A stretch of 63,984 nucleotides of DNA, filler included, from Circinaria calcarea (lineage: Eukaryota), in the NCBI GenBank assembly GCA_051942165.1. It is 4 parts of 4 records of this genome, joined end to end, with 100 filler letters (N's around TTAATTAATTAA, not from the genome) between each part and the next. Parts side by side here need not be neighbours in the genome. Positions count along the whole stretch, not along the records: positions 16,101 to 32,099 come from JAVECS010000341.1; positions 32,200 to 48,197 come from JAVECS010000342.1; 2 more parts are not named here. The stretch is one strand, 5' to 3'. Below the pieces are notes generated by a model, which saw nothing but the letters and a program-made list of their open reading frames with translations, searched no databases and was not told the origin of the DNA. Position 1 is the first letter of the stretch, and every line of letters begins with the position of its first letter. Below are positions 24,680 to 38,724 of this stretch, piece after piece. The position numbers and the translations under genes were made by a program.

Positions 24680-25869
24680 GTATGCACAAACCAAGTAAAT
24701 TATTCAAGGCATCAGTGGGATAGAAGGAAGATGTCTGACCTTTGACGGAAGGTTTGCTGTAGAGCCGAATAGCTTGCTCGGCGTGAAGTTCAAAAGGTGT
24801 GTGCGTTGCTTTGTGAAGGAAGACTCTCAGAGGTCAAGGCGCTTAAACTTTAGCTAGTTTGATAGGGCTTTGGGGATTGCCAGCTACTTGAGTGTTGCTC
24901 ATATAAGGTGTCCAAGTCTGTCTCGACAGCACAACAGTTGGAGATGTTAGAATTATCTCTGGTGTCGAGGAAGGTACTTAGATCCGTCAGACAGGGTCCT
25001 TCATTCCTGTAGCCCAGATCCGTGCCCTCGGAAGGAGCAGTTTAGATTGACAGCGAAAGTTAAATCAGATGTTACAGGTTACTAGGGTGGTTTAGGTCAT
25101 GATATCGAGTTGGAGAAGGATGCCGATTTATGGAAGCGTTAGTAGGCTTCCAGCTTGTCGACCTATTTCTACCTAATCAAAGCCCCTTGGATGCTGGTCT
25201 TGACATGATGGTGCACGGGTATCCACAAGGAAAGATATCTAATAGAGACGCTTGGTTCTCCTAATTTGGGCCGAAGATCTCCCTATCAAAGGGCCTAGAA
25301 TATGTTCGGTAAAGGTTAAACAAGGGGCATTAGAGCCAGATCAAGGCCTCTTGCGTTGAGATAGAGGAGTACCACTATCCGAGCCATGGCCGCCCGGTAG
25401 CACTGAGATAGCTTGCCTTACCATACCACCAAAAACGTTGGCGGTAGGCGGTATTGCACTAGAAGCTACCATGCAAAGCCATAACCTGTCATCGGCTTCG
25501 GAAAATATCGTCGGGCAGATACTGGCAGTAGGAATATGAAGTATTGTCGCAGTCATCCATAAGCGGTGTTGAGCATTGGGCGGGCGAAGTCTTGGACTTG
25601 GATGAGAGTCAAGGCCGAGGTCTCGCTTGTTCGAATCATTGACAGGGATCTTCCTATAGGGTTTTGAAGTACAGTCCCTCGAATACTACTTCTCCTTGCT
25701 TCCTGATCAACCTTCGTTTGCGCTGACTTGTCGCCTCGTAGTATTTTCTTACTGACATCGCAAGTCCGCAACGTTAACAAACAGGTCAAACTAACTCATC
25801 AAGTCAGCCCGTCTCCATTCGCCGTCGCTTGCGCCGTCATCCTAGTGAAGGCCACTTGGCCACAGCATC

Positions 25870-26746
25870 ATGGAGATGGAGAATATGTTCGCGGCTGCCA
25901 GAGGAGGGGCAGTTGGGCAGTTCCCTTTGGAGCAATGGTTCTACGAAATGCCAGTCTGTACTAGATGGTGGACGACGGCCACAGTCGCCACATCGATACT
26001 CGTTCAATGCAAAATCATCACCCCCTTCCAGCTGTTCTACAGCTTCAGGGCGGTGTTCATTAAGAATCAGGTAAGTTGTATTATAATTGCTAGGATTGCT
26101 AGTCGATATCTTGCAGCCTGAGCTAATGTTGAGTGTGATATATAGTACTGGCGCCTCTTATCCACCTTCCTTTACTTTGGCCCTCTCTCCATTGACCTCC
26201 TCTTCCACGTATATTTTCTACAGCGATATTCCCGCCTCCTGGAGGAGTCGTCCGGCCGGTCTCCTGCCCACTACTCATGGCTCCTCCTCTACGCGACATC
26301 TATCCTCCTTGCGCTTTCGCCGTTGCTTTCCATGTTCTTTCTTGGCCCATCGCTGAGTAGTACCTTGGTGTATATATGGTCGCGGAGAAACCCGGAAACG
26401 AGGCTCAGCTTCTTGGGTTTGCTGGTATTCACAGCACCATACCTACCGTGGGTCTTGATGGCATTTAGTCTGGTGATGCATAATACCATACCTAAGGATG
26501 AGATTTGTGGAGTAATAGTTGGACATGGTTTGAATCGCCGGCTCTTGATTGGTAGCCTAGACTAATATCTGGCCCTGCGCAGTTTGGTACTTTTTCAACG
26601 ACGTTTACCCTTCGCTCCATAACGGTCAACGACCACTTGATCCACCAGGATGGTGGAGGAGAATCTTCGAAGGCCGTCCTGCGGACACGGACGTGACGCC
26701 AATTCACAATGACCTAGCAGCCACTTCTGCGGTGGAGGTTCGGTAG
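25870..26746 (+). CDS. DER1: Derlin (Der1-like ERAD membrane protein), 3 exons
   Basis: EMPVCTRWW, QYWRLLSTFLYFG, LVYIWSRRNP, FTAPYLPW, GHVWYFFNDVYP. Confidence 0.92.
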
Positions 26747-26955
26747 AGTTGAAAGAATCATACCGGGCGTTTGGGAGGACTTTTGGGGGGAGGATGGCGA
26801 ACTCGAGGAGGATTCCAGAGTGGCAGCATACTTGCATGGATCAAGTCATTTATTTGGTGTTGAATAGTTCGGTTCAATGCATGCTGATGATACGTGTACG
26901 CGACCAATTATAGTCTGCGCGAGAATGGCTTAACTCAGCAAATCTCTAAGGAGAT

Positions 26956-27646
26956 CTATTGTCCTACAACATTCGTTTGCCTGAGCTTATCTATCAGCGT
27001 GTCTACACCTTCCATATCCCCCGCATCGATCTCGCTATCCGTCTTGAACTCCTCCGGCAGCGCCTTCAAAGCCGCGTCGAGCCCTGGCTGGTAGTTCCGC
27101 ACTTCACTGGATAATGCATAGATTGCTTTTCTCTTGGCTCCTCCGTCCGTTTCCTCAACCGCCATTTTGACAAGCGCCGGTATCGATCCCACCACCAACG
27201 CCTAGCCAATCGTTAGAAATTCGGAGGAAGCCCACCGATGATTTAAAAAAAGGACGTACCCTCTCTTGCGCTTTCACGTTGTTCTGTACCGCAGTGCCCA
27301 CACACCAAGCCGCCATCCGTCTTAATTCCCCTTCCTCATCCGTTAGCAGCTCCACCAGTGGAGTCCACAGGCCCAAATTCTCGAGATTGTTCGCATTGTC
27401 AACATTCTCAATCAGCTGCTCCAGATTGTCAAAGGCGACGAGCTTCTCGGAAAGGATGATGTCAGGGGATTGGATTGCACGCATGGATTGCTTCATCAGT
27501 TCGGCATCAGAGGGGCCGCCCATCAAGGCCTGCAGGGCCGCGGTATCGAGGGGTCGTCGTGGGGCCGGGGGAGCGGTCGAGTCTGGCTGGGCGGCGGAGC
27601 TGTTTTCGATGGACCATTGGAGGAGTTGATTGAGGTTGCGATCCAT
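26956..27646 (-). CDS. FES1: Hsp70 nucleotide exchange factor Fes1, 2 exons
   Basis: [63 protein letters not shown]. Confidence 0.93.
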
Positions 27647-28760
27647 GCTTGTACTGCGCCCTCAGTCAGGTGGGTGGAAACGGGCTTGAGATTACGTGAA
27701 CAAAGGTGAAGACGGTCGCCGCTTATTATTTAGAGGTATAAAATGGGAAGAGTCTTTTCGGCGTTGTGTATTATGCTCGCATTTCCACATGAGTAATAGT
27801 GATGAGCACTCAGTAGTATTGCAATTGGTGGAGATTTGCCCGTTCCATGTCGAGGACTTGAAGCGAAACATAATTCTACTTCGCGGAAGCTTCGAGCAGC
27901 TTCGAACAGATACTATAGACCATTCCCTTGACTCGGAGCAAACAGGTACGTCCAACTCCGACAGATGAATCGGCAGTGTGTACCAGAGTAATCAGTTTGA
28001 TTTCGGACGGGCGGGTTCGTAGTTTTGTTTCGTATTTTTCTCTGATCACCGCGCAAAGTCACCATGAGTCCGGGAATGCCCCGCCATTTTGCAACGACTG
28101 TGACCCCACCATACGATAATGAGATAAGCGGGAAGAGAAGCCAACCGCGGATCAGAGCTGCACTTACATAGTACAACGCGACGTTGCTTGGGATGCCTCC
28201 TCTGCCTCCTCTGCCTACTCAGCAGAGATAAAGCTCTCTCGATCTTGCATTCATCAGTAGTGGTGAGAGTGTGTCATGGTCTTCGTAATAGAGCCTGGTT
28301 GGCAGGCCATCGACGCGCGTAGGGTGACAATTCGCTGTGTAGCTTTTCAGCTGCCTGGCGCCGCAGCAGCAGCGGCGGGACCCTACTTGAGTACAAGATG
28401 AACTATATGTAGATAGCCTCCGGCTGAAGACTTCATCTGTTCATTCACACGTTCATCAGTCTCCGACATCCCGGAGTCCGTTGCTGAAAAACGTCAAATC
28501 CTAGCACGGCGGTTTCCTTTCCTCGTCACTAAAATTAGTGGTCTCGCTTGCCTGCTGCACCCACAACTATCCACCTCCAACATCCGACGACCTTCCTTCC
28601 TCTCGACTTTCTTGAACAACCAAGAGAGCACAGAACCTAGTAACAACCTCTTCCTACTCATCAACTCGTACCATCGCTTGTAGCACACATCACTGCAAGC
28701 TTTTTGAATACCTTTCACTTTTACCTCGTTCATTCTCCTCGCCGAACTCACCACGCCGCA

Positions 28761-30302
<1,542 letters not shown>

Positions 30303-31171
30303 GGTACGACGGCCGAGGGCATATACAACCGAGTCAACCAACAGGGAGCTAATATTCTTGTAGTGCGCTTGTTACTTTTTGCGTGCTTGTCGGTTCTGGG
30401 AAAAGGGACTCTGAACGACCAAGGTAGCCTTAGGCTCTCACGAGTCTGTTACGATGGGACGAGACACGGTTAGGCGGCTCTTGGTCAAGTCTGGTGTTGT
30501 GTCAATGCCCACGGTTGTCCATGACGCTGTTGCTCCATTTTATAAATTACTCGGCGAAAAGACACTGTCCAGTAGATGCAAGGGTATGGTTCGTGATACA
30601 GGTAGCAAATTGAATGACCAAAAGTCTACTCATTCTTCTTTCTCGGTCTTGGCCTTTGGAGGTGATATTGAAGTTATACGAAGTGTACACCGGGGTAAAA
30701 TTGAAAACCAATGGTCATTAGCATAGACGTGATTTTCGTCAACTTATGCAGTCAACCAGAACTATGAACTTGATAACACGTTTCCTCGAGCAAACTTATA
30801 TATATGGCATCATCAGATACACGTATTTTCTTCTCCTGCCCACTCCCTGTCGACCCCAGCAAGGGAAAGACCAACGGAGTATTTACCACCCGGTGCCCAA
30901 TGGTCCTAACCGGAACGTTTTCAAATCATACGCTAAACCCGATCCAACCACGGCGCTAAAATGCGGAGACCCTTCGCCAAACACGAGCTTTGAGATATTC
31001 GAAGGAGGCTGGGAAACTCGTTGCGACAACTGGAATTGCACCACCCCCATTTCTTCTCTTCCCATCATATCTCCAGAACTGTACTCTTCCACTCGTTCGC
31101 CTCGATTATGCTCAGCGTCAGGAACACCTAAGTACTTGCGCACCTCCGCTACCTTGCCGCGCCCTCACCAC

Positions 31172-31270
31172 CGCGAACTTTCGCGTTTCTCCCGCATTTA
31201 CATTCCACCCTTCCAGCGAAGCACAGGGCCACCGACCAAAAATCCACCATCACTCGGTCGTTTTGCGCGT
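31172..31270. promoter_or_regulatory. Cluster of SCB/MCB-like CGCG elements upstream of CENP-A
   Basis: cgcgaa-ct-ttcgcgt inverted pair at 31172-31186; ttttgcgcgt at 31261-31270. Confidence 0.4.
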
Positions 31271-31344
31271 CACCAATTTAGCAAGAGAGCTACGGAATAT
31301 TAAGCTGTTTTGCGTTCCATTCTCGAAAGGACCAACCCACCGCA

Positions 31345-32099
31345 ATGCCGCCGAAAAAAGGAGTTGGCCGCCCTACCACCGCCGCTACGCCAACAGGTCG
31401 GTCGCGAGGTCGCCCTTCCACAGGAGGCGCAAGTAGTAGCGGGGGAGGAGCGCTCTCTGCACGAGCAAAGGGAAAGCGAAAAAGCTCGAATATACAACGT
31501 TAGTCCTTTCCAATTATTGTCAATACCCGGTACTTCCCCCGACACGCGCAAACGGATGGCCGTGGTTCGTATCTCCCCCGTCCTACCGGGAGTTGAGTCA
31601 ATGCGCCGGGAATTAAAAGAGCCGGAATGCGGCTTTATTTCGAGGAGCTTATACACATACTGACATTCTACCTACCAACCCTACAGCAGGCGACCCCCTT
31701 CCTCGTCCCCGCAAAAAACACCGTTACAAGCCCGGCGTGCTCGCCCTACGCGAGATCCGCCGCTACCAACGAACCACCGACCTTCTCCTCCTCAAATTGC
31801 CTTTTTCCCGCCTCGTACGTTTCTCCTTCTCCCCTCTTCCTCCCCCGATCCAAAAATCCCCTATTTCCCCAAACTGACATCCCTCCCACCAGGTCCGCGA
31901 AATTGCCCTCTCCCTCGTTCCTGTCCAAGGCTCCGCCCTCCGCTGGCAATCGCAAGCCATCCAGGCACTGCAAGAGTCGGCAGAAGCATTCCTGGTCCAC
32001 CTGTTTGAGGATACAAATCTGTGCGCCATCCACGCGAAGAGGGTTACCATTATGCAGAAGGATATCCAACTTGCGCGGAGGATAAGGGGGGCCTGGGGG
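31345..32099 (+). CDS. CSE4: Centromeric histone H3 variant CENP-A/Cse4, 3 exons, last codons cut by contig end
   Basis: Divergent N-tail; [53 protein letters not shown] in place of F and a longer loop 1 mark CenH3. Confidence 0.93.
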
Positions 32100-32199
32100 N
32101 NNNNNNNNNNNNNNNNNNNNNNNNNNNNNNNNNNNNNNNNNNNTTAATTAATTAANNNNNNNNNNNNNNNNNNNNNNNNNNNNNNNNNNNNNNNNNNNN
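32100..32199. other. Artificial contig spacer
   Basis: Same N44-TTAATTAATTAA-N44 linker. Confidence 0.98.
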
Positions 32200-32248
32200 T
32201 TTTTGATCCAGATCCCAAAAAAAAAGAAAAATAACTGGACTGGCGAAA

Positions 32249-32380
32249 CTAACCTAACCTAACCTAACCTAATATATACTATAGCTCAGCTTCAGGAGCT
32301 GATGTGATGGTTTTGTGAATGGGAAACCGAATCGAGGGGGTGGGGAAATGTGGTTCTGGTCTGGTCTGGTCTGGTTTGGT
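32249..32380. repeat. Short pentanucleotide microsatellites (CTAAC)n and (CTGGT)n near contig start
   Basis: (ctaac)4-5 at about 32249-32272; (ctggt)4 at 32356-32375. Confidence 0.8.
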
Positions 32381-32718
32381 TTGCTATGCAGATATCAATG
32401 AGCCAGGCACAATGAAGAACACTTGAGGCAAAACCCCGCCATGCCGGCGGTGTTGAAGTTTCTTGGTATCATCAATCAGGTTTGGTCATTCCAACATGGT
32501 TTGATATTAATTAATTACATATGTAATCTCCTTCGTGTCTCATCATCTAAATTTGTATGGGTGAAGCCGCTCTCGTATCCATCTACCCCTTGTTCTGGCT
32601 GTAAAACTCTATTTCGCCAGCATCATCTCCCCATCTTTAGAACACCGTCGATCCATGCCTGTAACTATATATCCCAACTAGGCTTCCATGATGATTCACG
32701 TCCCGTTGAACTCTCTGG

Positions 32719-35109
32719 CTAGCTCTTTTTCCTCTCACTTAGACCCTCGACACCCTTGCCCCACGCGCCGGCTTTCTTTCCCCACTTCATCATCCCCCAT
32801 GCGTGAACCCAGGGGATCTTTGGGGGTGGCTCCTCGCTCGTCCGGAAGGGACTGGCCCCATGCCTAAACCGGACCTCGTTGTCTTCGGTCGGCTTTGGAC
32901 TGGTGTTCGGATCAACCGTGACGTCCGCAGCTCCACTCTTACCAACCGAAGCTCGTTCTCCTGGCACCTCGGAGACGCCCTCCCATCTCCTTACTGTCCT
33001 CCCGACCGGTCTCCACCACCCTTCTTCCTCTCTGGCCCACCATCTATTCCCACACATTTCCCATAATCGACTTCTAGCTCTCTTGTACGTAAACTTCTCA
33101 TCCTCTCCGGTAAAGATCCCGGTACGCTGGAAGTTGGGTCCGCCGCCAATCTCATTGCCGGCGCCAGGCGTACCGTCCCCAGAACCACGAACATTTCGAT
33201 ACCCAGAGGTAGGTTCCAAAAACTGGATGTGAGAACTTGGGGAACGCCCGGCACCATAGACAGGACCGAAATCGGAGTCTTCATCGGCGAGAATCGATCG
33301 GAGCGAGGGATTGGTGCTAGGCTGGGTGTAGGGAGTAGCTGGGAGAGGAGAGGCTATGTAGGAAGGACTAGACGACGAGGGTGTATATGATGATATATTT
33401 GGGCGGAAAGGGAGCATCTGGTCCTGATAGATCTCGCTAAAGGTCTCCGCATACGTGCCATCCGAGTGAGTCGCTTCGCCCGCATTGCCAGACATTGGAT
33501 CGACAGTCTCGGGGAAAAAGATGTCATCGGGACCAGCTTCGGCACGGATAAGCAATTTACAACGAGCTTCATAAAGAGCGTCAAGGAGAGTAATAAGGCG
33601 GCGGGCTTCGTTTTTGTGAAGGAGGGTAAGGATAGGAACATCAAACAATATAATGGTATGGAAGGTAGAGGCGAGGGAGATGTAGTCTGCAGGACCGAGA
33701 TTACTACCGCAGAGATCGTCAAATCTCCACATAGCAACTCCTGATAAGTGACGGGGAACGATAACATTGCGTCCATAGACGCGTAAATGTAAGCTTTGCC
33801 AAGGAATTTGCTGAAAATCGCGATATTGAGATATAGAAGAAGCTGCTTTTAGTACAGCTGCCTCCCACGTACGGTTACTCTCTTCAATTGTCGATGCTCT
33901 CGACGGCGCAGAAGGAGTCACAAAGTACTTTGTTGGAAGAACAGCTTTTGTGCTTCTCGTTTCCATCACACTGGTGGGTTCCGTAGTTTCTAGATGTGAG
34001 CTTTGCTCGTATCCCAAGCCCCAATTTCCGGATACTATAGGTTCCAAACCGTAAAACGAACTGTTGGGAGTCTCCTTTTGTTCTTGCCTCTCTTCTGGCC
34101 CTTGAAGATCAGCGATAGTACGCATATCGTTATCGCCATCGGCCTCCCTCCTTCTCCAGTCCTTCACACCTTCAATATCCCAAACTTCACATCTAGCTCG
34201 GAGAACCTCCAAGAATGCAGCAAAGTCCGCTTTCCCGGAAAACATGTTCTCACCCTTACCTTTATTGTGACCAGTGCCTAGAAGACCCCATCTATGGCCT
34301 AGTTGCCCTAAACGTGACGATGGAGGTGGAGCGAACTCGATTCCTGACGCATTTGCTAGCTCTTCTGGCATGCGATTACTCGTCGCGACTAGGACGCCTC
34401 CCAGGTGGAAGAAAGAAGTAAGCAGATTCGACAAGATCTTTGACGCCGCCCGGTCAGGTAGTTGAAATTCATCCAGGAATAATATCGGTGACGTGGATAT
34501 CATGTCCCTAGCAAGCCATAGAAGCGAATGCTCTTCATTCTGGCCTGGGTCATTGGACACTGCCTCCTTCATGCGATCCCTTCGCAGCTGTTCTAGCCTA
34601 GCAAATGTTTCTAACATAAATGTATTAAAATGCCAGCGACGTTTCTTCCGGTTCGGAAGGCAGTCTGCCAAGAGATCCACAAGCATACTCTTTCCTGTTC
34701 CAACCTCGCCATAGAGTAACAAGCCTTTGGGTGACTGGATATGAATGGCAGATTCCTGACTTGTGAATTGCTTGGTAATGGCTAAAGTATTCACCTTCAC
34801 CTTCGGTGTTCTGAAGATTGGCCAGACCCCGTTACGAGCGGCAATGTCGGAGCCATTGCGCACCCTATCGTCCTCTCCCGAGAAGGATGACTGTGGATCA
34901 GAACCAAGAGTGCGGCTTATTTGTTGGAGCCGACGACCATATTCAATTTCTGGTTCGTAGTCCTTGAGACGGTAATATAATTTCTGCAATTGCAGGGCAA
35001 GTCGATGCTGAGCAGGGTCCGGATCGATACGTTTCGTTGCTAGGAGTGCACGATACAACACCAAGGGATTGGTGATGGTAAGGCTTGTAGAAAGAGATAC
35101 GGGTGGCAT
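32719..35109 (-). CDS. AFG1/LACE1/ZapE-family mitochondrial ATPase, intronless
   Basis: PKGLLLYGEVGTGKSML Walker A, LFLDEFQ Walker B, LVATSNR, EARRLITLLDALYE. First ATG at 35109. Confidence 0.9.
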   Translation of the reverse strand: MPPVSLSTSLTITNPLVLYRALLATKRIDPDPAQHRLALQLQKLYYRLKDYEPEIEYGRRLQQISRTLGSDPQSSFSGEDDRVRNGSDIAARNGVWPIFRTPKVKVNTLAITKQFTSQESAIHIQSPKGLLLYGEVGTGKSMLVDLLADCLPNRKKRRWHFNTFMLETFARLEQLRRDRMKEAVSNDPGQNEEHSLLWLARDMISTSPILFLDEFQLPDRAASKILSNLLTSFFHLGGVLVATSNRMPEELANASGIEFAPPPSSRLGQLGHRWGLLGTGHNKGKGENMFSGKADFAAFLEVLRARCEVWDIEGVKDWRRREADGDNDMRTIADLQGPEERQEQKETPNSSFYGLEPIVSGNWGLGYEQSSHLETTEPTSVMETRSTKAVLPTKYFVTPSAPSRASTIEESNRTWEAAVLKAASSISQYRDFQQIPWQSLHLRVYGRNVIVPRHLSGVAMWRFDDLCGSNLGPADYISLASTFHTIILFDVPILTLLHKNEARRLITLLDALYEARCKLLIRAEAGPDDIFFPETVDPMSGNAGEATHSDGTYAETFSEIYQDQMLPFRPNISSYTPSSSSPSYIASPLPATPYTQPSTNPSLRSILADEDSDFGPVYGAGRSPSSHIQFLEPTSGYRNVRGSGDGTPGAGNEIGGGPNFQRTGIFTGEDEKFTYKRARSRLWEMCGNRWWAREEEGWWRPVGRTVRRWEGVSEVPGERASVGKSGAADVTVDPNTSPKPTEDNEVRFRHGASPFRTSEEPPPKIPWVHAWGMMKWGKKAGAWGKGVEGLSERKKS

Positions 35110-36671
35110 TGGAGTAAAAAGGCGACCTCCTGTCGTTGAGGTTGTAGAATATAAAACGTGGGCATTATCCAATCAGAGCCCTCGGACCGCTCTTTGGACT
35201 ACGCATCATAAGTCGTGAAGTCAGTTACCTTGCCTTTCAAAGTCACCGTCAGCAAGTGGACTACTAGCTTGGACGAGTAATCGAGACGACGAATACAGGC
35301 GGAGGTCCACGCAATGATCATAAAGATCGATAATTCTATGAATCGCCTTCTTTTGTCCATACGGGTGGCCTGGTCTCGCTATTTAGGGCTTGATGTGGGT
35401 AGCGAAGACATCAGGCGCTTTCCACAGGCGTCACATACATGGTCAACCTATGTACTTTAGACCAGTCACTCTTCACCTTCTAGCACAACAAGAAACCAAG
35501 CACGTATAACGCAATCTAGGGGTAAGAGGGCCTTCATAGTCAAAAAATAGGAGCTCTGCAGGTTTTAGTGAGGTATTTTCTAGTCCTCGGCTAGTGATAG
35601 CTATTAAATTCTGTGGTCTAGTCAGGATACCGAGGGGTCCTCCAGGTACTGAGTTATAAACGAAAGTAAAAAGTGATCAGCATCCAATGTGTATTATTGA
35701 CTATTCTAGCGTCTCTGTACTGGAGAACTTGACATGATCGACAGTATGAGTAACCATTCTGTGGGTGTCGTCATGTACGATCCCACCATATGGTTTAGGC
35801 GTTCCATCGGGCTGGTATGGCCTCGGGATTGGAAGGAGAACTCCCCCGTGTGTCAACGCAGGTCAGCTGAGCCTCCAAGCTTTTTCGACTCTCTTGTTCA
35901 GTGGACCTCCCTATTCTCAGCGGTGCCGGAAAGCCGAGTCATGAAAGAGAATTCCAGAAAGACCCCAAGCTGTCGATAATCAGTCCGGCATAGCTGGAGA
36001 AAAACATGTCGTAGTTCCCAAATGTTGTCCTCGTTACCAAAAGGAAAGACAGTACGGGTAAGCGAAGCAAAAAGGGAAACGAAATGGCATAGAGTTGGAA
36101 AAGGAAGGAGCATATGTCGGAGCAGAACCATATCGAGCTGATTAGGAGAGCCCTAAAGAAAAGTCCGACTTGAAATCGTATAGACGGGGGCCAACCGGTA
36201 CACTCCTTTGGATTCCGCCATCAGTGCCAAGCACGAACATCGGTTACACAAGAGAGGGGGATTGCCAGGCAGGACGGAGTCGCTGCAGGTCGTTTTGTCA
36301 AAGTGCTGGCAAACGAGTTGTTGACAATCTGCAGAGCTTCGTGTTTTCCCCAATAGCCCTTATCGTGGATACCACCCACACTACTTCGACATGCAGGTTC
36401 ATGCGCATCCATCATTGCCAATGAGCGGACAACGCAAACTCGAGGAGGTAAAACCTTACCTTGGACTGCCATAGAGTGTAGCCCACCCTGCATAACTGCT
36501 GGACTCTGCAGCATAACATCGAGATCTCATGTTGCAATACAATCCGGGCCCATGCCACCCTTGGCTCTGTTACTCAGATTTCATAACAGTATCTATATAA
36601 ATGTATCCCCAACGACATAGTCTGCCTTGGGATCCCTCTCGCCGGCCTGTGTATGAAGGTTAAGCGTTAAT

Positions 36672-37102
36672 ATGGACTTCCCAACTCCAATCACAGAAGA
36701 ACCACCCACCCCAATCTTGGGGGAACTGGCTAGGCGTTATGTACCGTTCCAAAGGCAGGATAGAGATCCGTACCCGACGCGGATGCTACACTCCGTTCCC
36801 GATGTAGGCTTCCCCTTGAAATCCGACACAGAGACCCCTTGGGACACCACTCAGCTGACCGTGACTAGTACTTCAACTTCACATCCGCTTTCAATGACTC
36901 CGATGAGCAAATATCCCTGCTTCCAACCACAGAGCCAACAGGGAGCCAATCCCCATGCAGCAGTGGGTGCCAGCATAACAAGAAACCGACAAGACCGTTC
37001 AACAAGTACATAGATATTATCTCTATTATCTTCATCGTCGCCGTAGGGGCTTTCCTATTCTGGGTCTTCCTTGTCCAGAATATCAATGTCCCAGCTCCGT
37101 GA
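36672..37102 (+). CDS. Small orphan protein (121 aa) with a C-terminal transmembrane helix, 2 exons
   Basis: TATATAAA near 36594. Intron 36804-36868 (GTAGGC, GCTGAC branch, TAG) puts IISIIFIVAVGAFLFWVFLV in frame. Confidence 0.55.
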
Positions 37103-37251
37103 CGAGCGGGATTAGATCATAGTGAGGCATTGAAGGAGTTGTTGGGACTGTCTATCCGATGGACGATTTGAAGGGCGTTGGTGCTGTGAAGTTTCATGTT
37201 CCCAGCTGCATCGGAATATAACGATACCAGGTGCATTTGATATTCATCACC

Positions 37252-37900
37252 TCAAATGGTTGTGATTCCAGGCCGCCAGGTCATCCCGATCCTTTCAACC
37301 TCTGCAATGAACCTTCGACTGGTGATCTGGCTGCCCTTTGCCTTTCCTGATGCTACAGCCATGGGCGTATGTTCGTCTGGTGTATAGAATGGATTTTGTA
37401 GTAGGCCTATGTATGCTGTCTGCAAAGCCCTGAATGCCTGGTTCGATACATGACCATGTCAGTTTTAACGCCTAGTCATCCTGAAATATTTGAGATCTGT
37501 CTCAACAGACCGGCTTCAGCTCTCCTTCTCTAATACCCATTCCAACAGCCTCCTTTCCTCCTCGACCCCACATGTCCAGCACAATCGCAAATCGAGTGCC
37601 TGTCCCTGTTTCCCATCCCCATACGCTCAACCGCTCATCAATGGCATGTAAGAGACCTAAATCCTGGTCGACTCGATTCCGGTCGCGGGCGCGTAGATCA
37701 AATACATCGAGCGAAGTATTTAGAAGGAAAGAGAATTCGAGGAAAGCGCCCGGTTGGTTGGTATGCGGAGGAAGAAGGGCGATGTGGAGAAGGTTGTCCT
37801 GCTCGATTAGAAAACTCCTATGACATAATACAGTTTAGGTACTTACGTGTTTACCTATGACGCCTATGCAAGCGATCGAGGGAACTGGATTCGCTGCCAT
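37252..37900 (-). CDS. Sedlin-family TRAPP subunit (TRAPPC2L/Tca17-like), 3 exons
   Basis: Hand-translated: PSIACIGVIGKH|DNLLHI, LNTSLDVF, DLGLLHAIDERL, WGWETGTGTRFAIV, FRALQTAYIGLLQNPFY. Confidence 0.85.
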
Positions 37901-38724
37901 CGAAGCTTACTTGGCAATGTGATAATAATGTTGGGGACAACTAAATTTGTCAGAGTTTGAATTTAAGAATAATTTAGAGATGAAGGGTGGTTCGAAGGGC
38001 AAACCCTAAATTGAAGCTTATTCGAGCCGTGGCGTTCTTAATACCCCGGTTCTATCTACCCCTACTTGTACTACACAAACAAGCAGACGCACATTAATCG
38101 TCCACCTTTGGTCTCCATGCATTGTTGGGAGTGTGTGTAAAGTGATTGGAGGAAGGTGCTATAGCTGAGGATTATGCTTTTCTAGATGTGTGGTCACAGT
38201 ACCATATTATTTGCTGTTTTCAAACAAGACGACCATGATCATTTCTATGCTGAGGTAATAGAATGGACACGTCTTGTTAAGCTCCAATGTACACATGGTT
38301 TCCACCACTTACTTTATAAACAGTACCATGATTCATCCTGACAAAATGCTTGGATGGATCCACAAGGTGTAGAAAACGTGATAGCACCTCTCTAGAGGAT
38401 TTTGGTCGAGGATTTCCCTAAGCAAATTAAAGAACGGAATAGCTGGATCAAAGAACATGGTAGAAGCAGGAATCCAAGATAAGAAAAGGGTCGCTCTTAC
38501 CCAATGAGAGTTTTCCCAGCGCACAGATGTGAACAGAGTTTTAGCAAACGCACATGATCCAAGGTTCATGGAAGTCCACAGGAAACCTTGATTGAGGTCT
38601 TCCTCCACTACTTATGCTTAAAGTCTCTTCAGTATTCCCAGACTCAGCAGCTCTTAGGAATCTATAAGTTTTAGGGAAGCAGTCACAAGTGTTACCAAAC
38701 AGCATCTACTTAAATTCAACGAAA

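Noticed and set aside
32249..32272. (CCTAA)n as a telomere
   Set aside because: Only about 5 pentamer units, not terminal, not the TTAGGG hexamer, and among other pentamer microsatellites
35730..36520. Short Cys-rich and hydrophobic ORFs between AFG1-like and the orphan gene
   Set aside because: No consistent exon chain or recognisable motif could be assembled
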